Shown: positions 40,549 to 49,551 of the stretch, piece by piece | How the letters are laid out: the number at the start of each line of letters is the position of its first letter | Position numbering within the stretch: position 1 is the first letter of the stretch | NCBI GenBank assembly: GCA_963807605.1 | Contig: CAWECG010000003.1 | Coordinates: 416,001-480,000 of the forward strand | Length of the DNA: 64,000 nt | Direction of reading: 5' to 3' | From: Candidatus Bathyarchaeota archaeon | GTDB taxonomy: Archaea; Thermoproteota; Bathyarchaeia; 40CM-2-53-6; RBG-13-38-9 | The notes under the pieces: model-generated | Database searches by the model: none | The model's input: only the letters and a program-made list of their open reading frames with translations | Told to the model about the DNA's origin: nothing | Program-made: the position numbers and the translations under genes

Positions 40549-41409
40549 ATGCTGCCAGATCCTCGTTTTCCTGCTGTTTCCGGGGGTATCGTGTACGTAG
40601 GCTCAGGGGATGGTAAGGTGTATGCGTTGAATGCTGCTACAGGAGCCAAGGTATGGAATTACGCAACAGGCGTCCCTGTCGCGTCTTCTCCTGCTGTTTC
40701 AGGTGGTATCGTGTACGTAGGCTCATTTGATGGTAATGTGTATGCGTTGAATGCTACCACAGGCGCCAAGGTATGGAATTACACAGTGCGCTACGGTGTC
40801 ACAACTTCTTCTCCTGCTGTTTCAGGAACCGTTGTGTACGTAGGCTCATTGGATGGTAAGGTGTATGCGTTTGCACCTACTTCAGCTCAGGTGGCTTGTG
40901 CCACGGGCACTGGGACGGGGACGTTCACTATGAGTCCGAGTACTGCTGGAGGATTCACAAGTCTAACCGCTTCAGCATCATCGAGTGTCTCACCCGCTCC
41001 GCCAGCAGGGTTAACGTTTCCTGACGGCTTATTCTCCTTCACAATCTCAGGTCTCGCACCGAGGGCAACTGTTACAGTAACCCTCAAGTTGCCTGCTCCG
41101 TTGCCGGCGGGTTCCTTCTCGTATTGGAAGTTTCAGTCTGGTGTGTGGAGTCAGTATTCGTCGGCTTCGCTTGATTCCACTCGAACCATTATCACGTTAA
41201 CCTTCACCGCATCAGCCAGTGGCACAATTACTGACCCTGGGGGCCCAGCAATCGTGCCGCCTCCTCCGTCCGCAAGACCGGTCGGAGGCGTCGTGGAACC
41301 CGTCAACAAACTCACACTTCTCACACCATATTTGGCCTTCTTCGGAGTGGTCGCGGCTGTTGCAGTCGTCATTGTGACGGATAGGAAACGCAGAGAACCC
41401 ACAGACTAG
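40549..41409 (+). CDS. PQQ-type beta-propeller repeat surface protein with C-terminal anchor (N-terminally truncated)
   Basis: SSPAV.GG.VYVGS.DG.VYA repeats; PVGG + TM + basic tail. Confidence 0.75.
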   Translation: MLPDPRFPAVSGGIVYVGSGDGKVYALNAATGAKVWNYATGVPVASSPAVSGGIVYVGSFDGNVYALNATTGAKVWNYTVRYGVTTSSPAVSGTVVYVGSLDGKVYAFAPTSAQVACATGTGTGTFTMSPSTAGGFTSLTASASSSVSPAPPAGLTFPDGLFSFTISGLAPRATVTVTLKLPAPLPAGSFSYWKFQSGVWSQYSSASLDSTRTIITLTFTASASGTITDPGGPAIVPPPPSARPVGGVVEPVNKLTLLTPYLAFFGVVAAVAVVIVTDRKRREPTD

Positions 41410-41439
41410 TCAGTGAGCTGATTTCGCAATCCCTGATTT

Positions 41440-41510
41440 TGTGTGTGTACCTTAGCTGGCGAGAGCATCTAGAATTGAACCGCTTGGTATTGATTGATGG
41501 TGTGTGCTCG
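41440..41510 (-). repeat. Reverse-oriented site (core 41453-41463, one mismatch) with accessory motif
   Basis: Minus strand AAGCGGTTCAATTCTAGATGCTCTC-GCCAGCTA-AGGTACACACAC. Confidence 0.85.
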
Positions 41511-41697
41511 CTCCGTGCAAACGTGGAGCGTCTTGACGTCAAAAGTTCTGCAGCGCTAGGCAGACGGGGATACCTTCTCTTTCTCTACAGGGGCGAGACG
41601 GTCTCTTCCCTTTCAAAGGAGGCGGTATCTCTCTCTAATAGTTCCAAGACACACACTAGCGCCCCAATATAAGATTGATACGGGTTCGTAAGGATAG

Positions 41698-41720
41698 TAC
41701 CTTACTAAGCTACGGGCCCG
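41698..41720. repeat. att site (right): orphaned 5' end of tRNA-Lys
   Basis: Minus strand GGGCCCGTAGCTTAGT, preceded by a TTTTTTAAT box at ~41746-41755. Confidence 0.9.
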
Positions 41721-41914
41721 CGCAGTAGCACCTACTCTCCTTTGCATTAAAAAAACCTTTCAGCAAAGCTGCTTAGAGGAAACAGAGCCTCGCCGTTGTG
41801 TACCCAATAATCGGCTATTTCATCTAGTCGGGCTATCCGCAAAAGCGACGAACGAGAAAGGCTTTAAAGTTACTCTGAAACCTATAGACAAGCTTGGCTG
41901 GACTAATAGGCCGT

Positions 41915-42082
41915 GCCCAACCGTCATGGGTGCATAGAGGTAGTATAGTCTGGCCTAGTAAGCCTAGAAAGGCCTAGAGTGTACGGCTGTCACCCGTACG
42001 ACTTCCGATAGGAGGACGTGACGCGGGTCCAAATCCCGCCCTAAGGGGAGCGCTCAAAGCTCTCTCCTGGCGATGGGCGCCA
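41915..42082 (+). tRNA. tRNA-Asp(GUC) with four introns (41919-41937, 41961-41979, 42001-42020, 42043-42074)
   Basis: Spliced 78-nt GCCCAGGTAGTATAGTCTGGCCTAGTATGTACGGCTGTCACCCGTACGACGCGGGTCCAAATCCCGCCCTGGGCGCCA forms a full cloverleaf with CCA; three introns fit BHB well, one is relaxed. Confidence 0.88.
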
Positions 42083-42335
42083 ACCTCATTGCCCGCGTTC
42101 ACCACTCCAGAGGCAGTCGCTGAGCAGACTATTCTTTTGTGACCGCATGTGGCGGAAAGAATTGGCATCAACAAGCCAGCAGGTCAGTCATAGAGCTAAT
42201 TGGTGTTCAGGTCATTCAACCCGTTCTGTAATAAATATCTTCATGCAACAAGGTTGTATCCAAGTGGACAACTATTCTCTTCGGGAGAAGGAATGTTGGA
42301 GCCTTATTCCAGAATTGAGTATATACAGAGCGCGC

Positions 42336-43440
42336 GGGGTTGTCCCGTTATTAGCGTTTTCATGTTAGGTTTGTCCAGTAGGTTATGCTTCTGGTTTTGG
42401 TGGGTTGTTTGGTGTTGTGTGAGGCTTCTATGGTGTAGAGGAGGCATAGTATGCAGTAGCTGATGTGGATGGTGATGTTTTCTAGTCCTCGTGTCTTGTG
42501 GTTGTTGAGGTTGAGGTGTTCTTTGAGTGATGCGAAGACCAACTCGATGATGGAGCGTTTATTGTAGATGTGTTTGAGGTTTTCTGGGCCGTGTGTTTTG
42601 AAGTCGCTGGTTACTCTGAGGATGTTTTGTCTTTCAGGTTTCTGGTTGGCTGGGTAGGGTATCGCGGTCTTGATTCTGTGTTTTTTAGCGGTCTCTCTGA
42701 GTCTGTTGCTGGAGTATTGACTGTCAGCGGTTAGCTGTCGGATTCTGGTTGCTGTGGTTTTAACTGTCATTTTGAGGAGTGGTATGCTCGGTTTCTTCTC
42801 GTTAGTGTTTGCTGGTGTCACTAGGAATGTTAGGGGTGTGGCTGTGTCTGTATCGACTGTTAGGTGTAGTTTGTAGCCTAACCCGTATGTGCGGTAGGCT
42901 CTTCCTACACGTGCTTGAGGGTCACTGAAGCCTGTTCTATTGTTTATGTTTCGTCTGCTGTAGGCTTTGATGAAGGTGGCGTCCATAGCAACTATTCTTG
43001 GTGTTACATAGCGCTTCTTCAGTAATTTCTTGACCTGTTTGTTTACTATGCGTCTTAGTCTTCTTGTTCCTAGTCGCTGGTTGAATCTTGAGAGTACCGT
43101 CCTACCGTAGGCTGGCTCCTCATATCTTATGTCGCATATGTCACGTAGCCGCTCATCGATCCATAAGCGACGTTCAAGCTCACGCAGACTGTTTATTCTG
43201 AGGTAGCGTCTGGCAAGGTGTGCCTTGAAGAGTCCTAGAGGGTTACGTGGAGGTTTACCTGGACCTTCTTGATGATAGCAACTAACAACTAGACGTTCAA
43301 CAAATGATAAATCCAGATTACTCAGCAGTGACTCCAGAGTCTCGTACCCTTCTATCTGGAATCTCCTCCAAGTAGAAGGGTGCGGGGCTCAACCCTTATG
43401 GATCTTTCCGTGTCAACTCAAAGAATATCGGGACAACCCT
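42336..43440 (-). mobile_element. Insertion sequence (IS5/IS1182-like), 1105 bp
   Basis: IRs GGGGTTGTCCCGTTATT / AATATCGGGACAACCCT; flanking GCGCGC duplication. Confidence 0.88.
42360..43392 (-). CDS. DDE transposase (frame open upstream of ATG 42986 to ~43385; start unclear or frameshifted)
   Basis: MDATFIKAYS, GYKLH, ADSQY, YNKRSIIELVF; upstream GPGKPP..SLRELERRL. Confidence 0.85.
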
Positions 43441-43446
43441 GCGCGC

Positions 43447-43681
43447 TAGAAGCCGAGACGATATCTGCATTAATCATGGATGAGATGCCGATAGGAGTAG
43501 TGAACGATAAACCCGCTGGCGTAAGATTGATACCTGTCCCTAATAGAGAGTTGGCGACACTGTCAAGTTTGGGGGGTTGTTAGGAGAAACGATCATAATG
43601 CCTATCAGCACTTTCAGTTCAGCTAGATTCGTAAGGCGAGGAGGGCAGATTCCAGCCCCTATACTCAGCCTGACAGGATAA
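43447..43681 (+). pseudogene. C-terminal remnant of DUF711/UPF0210 protein
   Basis: TISALIMDEMPIGVVNDKPAGVRLIPVP/fs/[19 protein letters not shown]. Confidence 0.7.
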
Positions 43682-43702
43682 CGAGATTGGAGTGAGTTTA
43701 AG

Positions 43703-45028
43703 ATGAGAGAATTTGATCTCTTGATTGTTGGCGCGGGAACCGGCGGATGTATAGCCGCCTCCACAGCAGTAAAGAAAGGTTTGGCTGTGTGTTTGATTGA
43801 TTGCAAGTCTCAAGACAAGATCGGGGAGAAAGTCTGCGGCGATGCCATAGCGGGACACCATTTTGAAAGACTGGAAATCAACCCACCAACGGGCGAAGAC
43901 TATGACTCCACGATAGAAGGTGTAAGGCTCTACTCCCCTGACCTGTCGAGTACCTTTACCATAGGAGGCCCCGGAGTCAAAGGTTTCATAGTCAACAGAC
44001 TCAGCTTCGGTCAAAGACTTCTCAAAGAGACACTTGACGGCGGGGTGGCATTTTATGATTCGATGCTGGTCACTGAGCCCTCCGTCGAGGGCGGATATGT
44101 AAACGGCGTAGTAGCTCGGAATACTAAAGACGGGAATAAACAGAGTCTCAGAGCTAAAGTCACCATCGACGCCAGCGGCGTTGGAGCAGCAATAAGACGT
44201 GGACTTTCCGAAGATTTCGGCATCGAGAAAGAGATTTCGAAGAGAGATATCATGGCGTGCTACAGAGAGATCAGAGGTGACGTTCGAATGGAGGAAGGAT
44301 ATTGCGACATATACTTCAATCAAGCCGCCGCGCCAGGGGGATACTTCTGGATCTTTCCAAGAAGTGGAGGAAAGGTGAATGTTGGCGTCGGCCTCCAAGG
44401 GATGCAGACGAGTTTACACCCGAAGACTCAACTCTACGACCATGTCTTGACCAAGGGGATGTTCAAAGGATCAACGGTTCTCGAAGCGGGAGGAGGATAT
44501 GTGCCGACCCGCCGACCCCTAGACCTCCTCGTCGGAAATGGTGTGATGTTTGTTGGCGATGCCGCCTGCCTTGTCAATCCAATACACGGTGGCGGAATTG
44601 GCCCCTCGATGATCAGTGGAAGAATTGCTGCAGAGGTAGCAACAGAGGCAATAGAGGATGGTGATACAAGCAGCAAGGGCCTGTGGAGATATAACACAGA
44701 TTACATGAAGACATACGGAGCAAAGCAAGCCGGTCTAAATGTTTTCAGAGTATTCCTCCAGGAGATAAGTGATGAAGAATTGAACTACGGTATGAAGCAG
44801 CAACTGGTCAAGCCAAACGATATTCTCAGAGCAAGTCTGGACGGTGATCTGAAACTGAGCATAACTGATAAGGCAGAGAGAGCCTTTAGAAGTATAAGGA
44901 GACCGGACTTCCTAATCAGGATCAGAGATGTCGCAAGAAGGATGCGTATAGTGAAGGATCATTTTCTTAACTATCCAACTCCTGAAGATTTCTCCGCGTG
45001 GAGAGCGAAGGCCAAGACTCTTCATTAA
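43703..45028 (+). CDS. Geranylgeranyl reductase family (DGGGPL reductase-like)
   Basis: IVGAGTGG, KVCGDA, PGGYFWIFP, VGDAA..NPIHGGGI. Confidence 0.92.
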   Translation: MREFDLLIVGAGTGGCIAASTAVKKGLAVCLIDCKSQDKIGEKVCGDAIAGHHFERLEINPPTGEDYDSTIEGVRLYSPDLSSTFTIGGPGVKGFIVNRLSFGQRLLKETLDGGVAFYDSMLVTEPSVEGGYVNGVVARNTKDGNKQSLRAKVTIDASGVGAAIRRGLSEDFGIEKEISKRDIMACYREIRGDVRMEEGYCDIYFNQAAAPGGYFWIFPRSGGKVNVGVGLQGMQTSLHPKTQLYDHVLTKGMFKGSTVLEAGGGYVPTRRPLDLLVGNGVMFVGDAACLVNPIHGGGIGPSMISGRIAAEVATEAIEDGDTSSKGLWRYNTDYMKTYGAKQAGLNVFRVFLQEISDEELNYGMKQQLVKPNDILRASLDGDLKLSITDKAERAFRSIRRPDFLIRIRDVARRMRIVKDHFLNYPTPEDFSAWRAKAKTLH

Positions 45029-45098
45029 ACTGAAGCGACTAGAAGAAGAACTAAATACTCAATGCAATCGAATAACACAGCGTTTTATCTGTGGGACT

Positions 45099-46379
45099 TT
45101 GATGAATTCACAACCCAAGACTCAGAGAGATCCTCCGGAAGAGAACGGTTCCAAGATATCGAGCGTCGATGGAGTATTGACCGTTCCAGACAAGCCTACC
45201 GTCCCGTATATTGAAGGAGATGGAATAGGCCCTGACGTTATCGGAGCTGCCAGAAGAGTCTTGGATGCGGCTGTAGAAAAGGCGTACGGTTCTCGAAGAA
45301 AAATAGCTTGGCTTGAAGTACTAGCCGGCGAAAAGGCCAGACAGAAACATCGAGAGTCGCTACCCGAGGAGACTCTGAAAACGATTGAGGAATACGTGGT
45401 TGCTCTAAAGGGGCCTCTTGAGACCCCTATCGCCGGAGGTCACAGAAGCCTAAACGTTGCTCTAAGGCAGAGGCTGGACCTTTACTCATGTGTCAGACCT
45501 GTAAAGTACATTCTAACAGCACCAAGCAGAATGAAACGTCCCGAAGAGCTCGACATTGTAATCTTCAGGGAGAATACAGAAGACGTCTACTCGGGTATTG
45601 AGTTCAAAGAAGGTTCTGAAGAGGCTAAGAGACTCATAATTTTTCTGAAAGAAGAATTGAAAAGTGAAATCAGGCCGGACTCTGCAGTGGGTATAAAGCC
45701 GATAAGCGAGTACGCGACCAAGAGGATAGTCAGAGCGGCCATAAATTATGCTATAAAGAATAACCGAAAGAGCGTCACGATAGTCCACAAAGGAAACATA
45801 ATGAAGTACACAGAAGGGGGCTTCATGCGCTGGGCCTACGAGGTTGCCAACAAGGAGTTTAAGGACAAGACCGTTACCGAGGCGGAACTGACAAAAGCGG
45901 ATGGCCCACACAAGGGTGTGATGCCTCCCGGAAAGATACTGGTGAAGGACAGACTCGCCGACAACATGTTCCAGCAGCTGATACTGAGAACAAGCGAATA
46001 CGATGTTCTTGTTCTTCCAAACCTAAACGGCGACTATATCTCGGACATGGCTGCTGCTATGGCTGGAGGCCTTGGGCTTGCCCCAGGCGCAAACATAAAC
46101 TACGAGACTGGTGTTGGCCTTTTTGAGCCTACGCACGGCACAGCCCCTACTTACGCAAATCAAGATAAGGTAAACCCGACCTCAGCGATTTTTTCTGGGG
46201 TGTTGTTGCTCAGACACTTGGGTTGGAAGGAAGCAGCAGACACAATAGAGAAGGCCGTAGCACGAACGGTAAGCCAGAGAAGAGTAACATATGATCTCGC
46301 GAGACAACTTGAAGGAGTCCAGCCGATAGGAACCTCGAAGTTTGCAGATGCGGTAATCGAGAATATGCAAGTGATCTAG
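45099..46379 (+). CDS. icd: Isocitrate dehydrogenase (NADP)
   Basis: IEGDGIG, KGPLETP, RENTED, HKGNIMK, NLNGDYISD, HGTAP. Confidence 0.96.
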   Translation: MMNSQPKTQRDPPEENGSKISSVDGVLTVPDKPTVPYIEGDGIGPDVIGAARRVLDAAVEKAYGSRRKIAWLEVLAGEKARQKHRESLPEETLKTIEEYVVALKGPLETPIAGGHRSLNVALRQRLDLYSCVRPVKYILTAPSRMKRPEELDIVIFRENTEDVYSGIEFKEGSEEAKRLIIFLKEELKSEIRPDSAVGIKPISEYATKRIVRAAINYAIKNNRKSVTIVHKGNIMKYTEGGFMRWAYEVANKEFKDKTVTEAELTKADGPHKGVMPPGKILVKDRLADNMFQQLILRTSEYDVLVLPNLNGDYISDMAAAMAGGLGLAPGANINYETGVGLFEPTHGTAPTYANQDKVNPTSAIFSGVLLLRHLGWKEAADTIEKAVARTVSQRRVTYDLARQLEGVQPIGTSKFADAVIENMQVI

Positions 46380-46512
46380 TGACTCATAGTCACCAAGTTA
46401 TGTTCTGCCAGTAAACTCGAATGAAAGCAGTATCGTGAGGTTTCGTGAGGCTCCTTTCATATTCGTGTCAGACGTTGACATCGTATCTGCTCTATCTTGG
46501 TAGGATTCAACT

Positions 46513-46932
46513 ATGGCAGTAGTAACAGGGCATATCCCTGTCAAGAGCAGAGGAGAGACTGACATTATAGACTTAACCGACGATGTGGAAAAGGCTGTAA
46601 AAGAATCCGGATTAACAAGTGGTATAGCAACGATATTTGTTCCAGGCGCTACAGGTGCACTCACAACTATAGAGTATGAGCCAGGATTGCTGCATGACCT
46701 GCCGGCGGCCCTCGAGAGAATCGTCCCGAGAAGCATAAGTTATGAACATGAGAGGAGGTGGCACGACGGAAATGGCCACTCCCATGTGAGGGCCTCCCTC
46801 CTAGGTCCGAGTCTTACGGTACCTTTCCATGATGGACAGCTCATTCTAGGAACATGGCAACAAATAATCTTCATAGAACTCGACACTCATGCGAGAACAA
46901 GGGATCTTGTAGTCCAAATACTCGGTGAGTAA
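46513..46932 (+). CDS. yjbQ: YjbQ/UPF0047 family protein
   Basis: NGHSHVRASLLGPS, LGTWQ. Confidence 0.93.
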   Translation: MAVVTGHIPVKSRGETDIIDLTDDVEKAVKESGLTSGIATIFVPGATGALTTIEYEPGLLHDLPAALERIVPRSISYEHERRWHDGNGHSHVRASLLGPSLTVPFHDGQLILGTWQQIIFIELDTHARTRDLVVQILGE

Positions 46933-47058
46933 TGGGCTGCTCTATCAAGCAATTCTGTTATAATCTCGTTCGGCCCCACGAGTTCTGGAAATACTGGACA
47001 ATGCTCTGCAAATTTTGAAACTAATTTTATGTTTCTGGAAGAAAATGGGGGAGGCAAA

Positions 47059-47877
47059 CTACTGAGGTTTGCCGCAGACAGGACAGTAAGTCGCTCCAGC
47101 AGGAATTTGCGCTCCGCATGCCATGCAGAATTTCTTTTCCGAAGGTTGTATTATTGCTGGGCTCGCGGTTTCTGCATCCGTGTACATCAGTGCACCTGAT
47201 CTTGAGGCGAAGACGCCGAATATGGGCCATATGATGATTGATATGAGCCAGCCGATGGCTGGTATAGATCCAACTGCACTCACGATGATTGCAAAGACGA
47301 AGACCACGATCAGCCATGCGATGTATCTGCCCCATCCTATTCTTCCTATGATGCGGACGATCTCGCCTACAGCGAAGGCTTTGCCGAAGCTCCCCGTCTT
47401 GACCATGTGAACGATGGCCATTGCCATTATGATGGCTATCACGAAAGCAAGGATGATGCCTGCTGCAAACAGTATGACGCCAAAACCAAGCGGGATCAAC
47501 CAGAAGCTCGGTCCGTAGGGGACGACCATGTATGGCGCAAAGAGCGTCAATGCCCCGAATGCAATTAGTATCAACGGAATTATCATGTATATTACAGCTA
47601 CCACGGCTATCTTCAGTCCATCAATCCAGAGTTCTACGTATTTCTCAAGTCTTGGCGGCGAGTCTGAGCTGGGTGTTTCTCTGATCGTCTTTGCATAATA
47701 CCCCGTAACGATTAGGTTTACTATCGGTATTATGTTTAGGATGATGAGAATAACGAGTCTGCCAAGGTCAGTGAAGAGCTTCCTTGCATAGTCTACAGAG
47801 AGGTTAATGTTCTGTCCTAAATCCAAGAAAGCCACCAATCTAGGTATTCGTCTAGGAAGCGTTATAACGCTTCCCAT
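47059..47877 (-). CDS. DUF4013 membrane protein with C-terminal zinc ribbon
   Basis: IIPIVNLIVTGY; CMACG..CPVCG. Confidence 0.85.
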   Translation of the reverse strand: MGSVITLPRRIPRLVAFLDLGQNINLSVDYARKLFTDLGRLVILIILNIIPIVNLIVTGYYAKTIRETPSSDSPPRLEKYVELWIDGLKIAVVAVIYMIIPLILIAFGALTLFAPYMVVPYGPSFWLIPLGFGVILFAAGIILAFVIAIIMAMAIVHMVKTGSFGKAFAVGEIVRIIGRIGWGRYIAWLIVVFVFAIIVSAVGSIPAIGWLISIIIWPIFGVFASRSGALMYTDAETASPAIIQPSEKKFCMACGAQIPAGATYCPVCGKPQ

Positions 47878-47904
47878 GAGAATCGTTAACAGTCGAACGA
47901 TCTT

Positions 47905-48228
47905 TTAGACCTTGACGCTGGGTCGCCTACGGCCCAACGCGTAGGTTATCAGCCCAACAATAAAAATAATGATCCCTGCTATTCCCCAGCCCATCCATGA
48001 AGAGTGCAAGTATTCATTCAGGTATAATGCCGCGGTTGCAAAGAGGAATATTATGCCTATGACGACGATGAAGATGCCCACGGCCATGAGCATGATTCGC
48101 TTGGCGATGTTCTGGATGAAGCCTATCAAGTAGTCTTTCAGTCTCTTGTCAACGTTTGATAAGATTTTACTCGCAACAGCCGAGGAGAATATCTCGATTA
48201 TATTCTCGAGGAGCCCTTCTTTGGGCAT
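47905..48228 (-). CDS. Two-TM YqjE/holin-like membrane protein
   Basis: Two C-terminal TMs; follows DUF883-like genes. Confidence 0.55.
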   Translation of the reverse strand: MPKEGLLENIIEIFSSAVASKILSNVDKRLKDYLIGFIQNIAKRIMLMAVGIFIVVIGIIFLFATAALYLNEYLHSSWMGWGIAGIIIFIVGLITYALGRRRPSVKV

Positions 48229-48230
48229 AT

Positions 48231-48425
48231 TCAGCTGCGCCTAGCTATTGAGCTGCCGATCAGGATGCCGACAACTATTCCAGCGATGAATACGACACCG
48301 GCCGACTCCACGGGTCTCTTCTTAATCATCCCTTCAAGTTCTACCCTACTTCTCTCCGCGTACTCTTTAAGATCACCAAGTCTCTTCTGGAGTTCCTCAA
48401 GGGTCAATTTTGACTTTTCAGCCAT
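48231..48425 (-). CDS. ElaB/YqjD/DUF883-like tail-anchored protein
   Basis: IKKRPVESAGVVFIAGIVVG..RR. Confidence 0.7.
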   Translation of the reverse strand: MAEKSKLTLEELQKRLGDLKEYAERSRVELEGMIKKRPVESAGVVFIAGIVVGILIGSSIARRS

Positions 48426-48504
48426 CTTCTTTGACCTCCAATAATAGGTTTGATGTTGCCTATTGTATAAATGTGTTGCATGAAGGGTTAGGGCTGTGTT
48501 CTTT

Positions 48505-48708
48505 TTATTTGTCTGATCGGGGGTTCAACGCAATTCCAAGGGCAAACCCCAAGACGAAAGCCAAGGACAACGAGAGGAAGGGGTAGGTTTCGAATTTTCT
48601 TTCAACGTAGTCTATCTTTTCACGAATAATATCGCGTTGAAGTTCAAGAAGGTCCTCAATCTGTTCCTCAGAAAAGCTCTTGGAGGTTGTTCTTCGGGCT
48701 TTAGACAT
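48505..48708 (-). CDS. DUF883-like tail-anchored protein
   Basis: YPFLSLSLAFVLGFALG. Confidence 0.55.
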   Translation of the reverse strand: MSKARRTTSKSFSEEQIEDLLELQRDIIREKIDYVERKFETYPFLSLSLAFVLGFALGIALNPRSDK

Positions 48709-48779
48709 CTTCGACCACCTTGAAAGTTACTATATGAACTTTAGTCGTCCACTTAAAGGCTTTCAGCCGTTTGGCCTTC

Positions 48780-49551
48780 CTACGTCTTAGATCTTGCCTT
48801 CGGAATGTAAGAATAAAGCTTGGTTGCCGCAAGATGCGGCCCGATCTCAGAGATCACACCCGGCGCTTGTGTTCCCAGTTTGCATATGAGAATGGTGGAT
48901 GCGAGGCTGAGTCGCTCAACTCTTACAATATCTTTTGCCAAGCCTGTTCTCTCAATAGCTCTATGAACCGAGTTGATGGTTGAACCCAGAACTACTACCC
49001 TATCAAATGGGTATCGCTCCCAATCCTTGAAGTATGATTCCTGCCTATCTGTAAGTGCCAATGTCACTTTTCCAGCATTCTCAAACCCTTCGATTCCTCA
49101 CTTTGAGAGGTAAGCCGTCATGGAGGCAGAATCTTCTTGCTATCTGCCTAAGTGATTGAACCCAACCATCTGCAAGTTGGGCTCTCATCCGATAAAGCGG
49201 GTAGAGGCCATCAACTCTCTGTGGGGAAAGGATGCCCAGATCCAAGTACAGGCCATAGCCGACTTCTCCTGAATTCACAATGAAGCCGCGATACGTATCG
49301 CCGAGTTCCAATTTTGAGAACTGAACGGGTGCTAATCCATAGTGATTTTTTAGAATCTCAGTGAAGACTTCGCTGTCTTCACCATTATAATCTATTGAAA
49401 TCCAGCCTCCGGCTCCGGCCTCCATCTTTCCTATCCGGATCTGTAAGCCTGAGGAGATCTCTTCTAGATCTGACTCTAACTCTTGAAGTCCCTCGCGACT
49501 AGGGGTAGGGTCTAACTTCTCAGAAAGAACTGTCTTCATCAACTCAGCCAT
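48780..49551 (-). pseudogene. DUF2110 family protein, frameshift near 49080 (possibly assembly error)
   Basis: GYGLYLDLG, ERL..CKLGTQAPGVI; conserved neighbour of HD/TFE genes. Confidence 0.7.

Larger units (their letters stand above)
5508..41720. mobile_element. ~36 kb genomic island integrated at the 5' end of tRNA-Lys
   Basis: Direct att repeats at both ends, integrase just inside the left end, accessory/defence cargo, core genes resume after the right end. Confidence 0.88.

Noticed and set aside
9597-41510. Classical integron (IntI/attC)
   Set aside because: Sites lack RYYYAAC..GTTRRRY ends, occur in both orientations, and I could not recognise IntI features in either integrase.
43619-44398. 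259-aa minus-strand ORF and similar antisense ORFs over core genes
   Set aside because: Overlap well-supported genes on the opposite strand and show no motifs.
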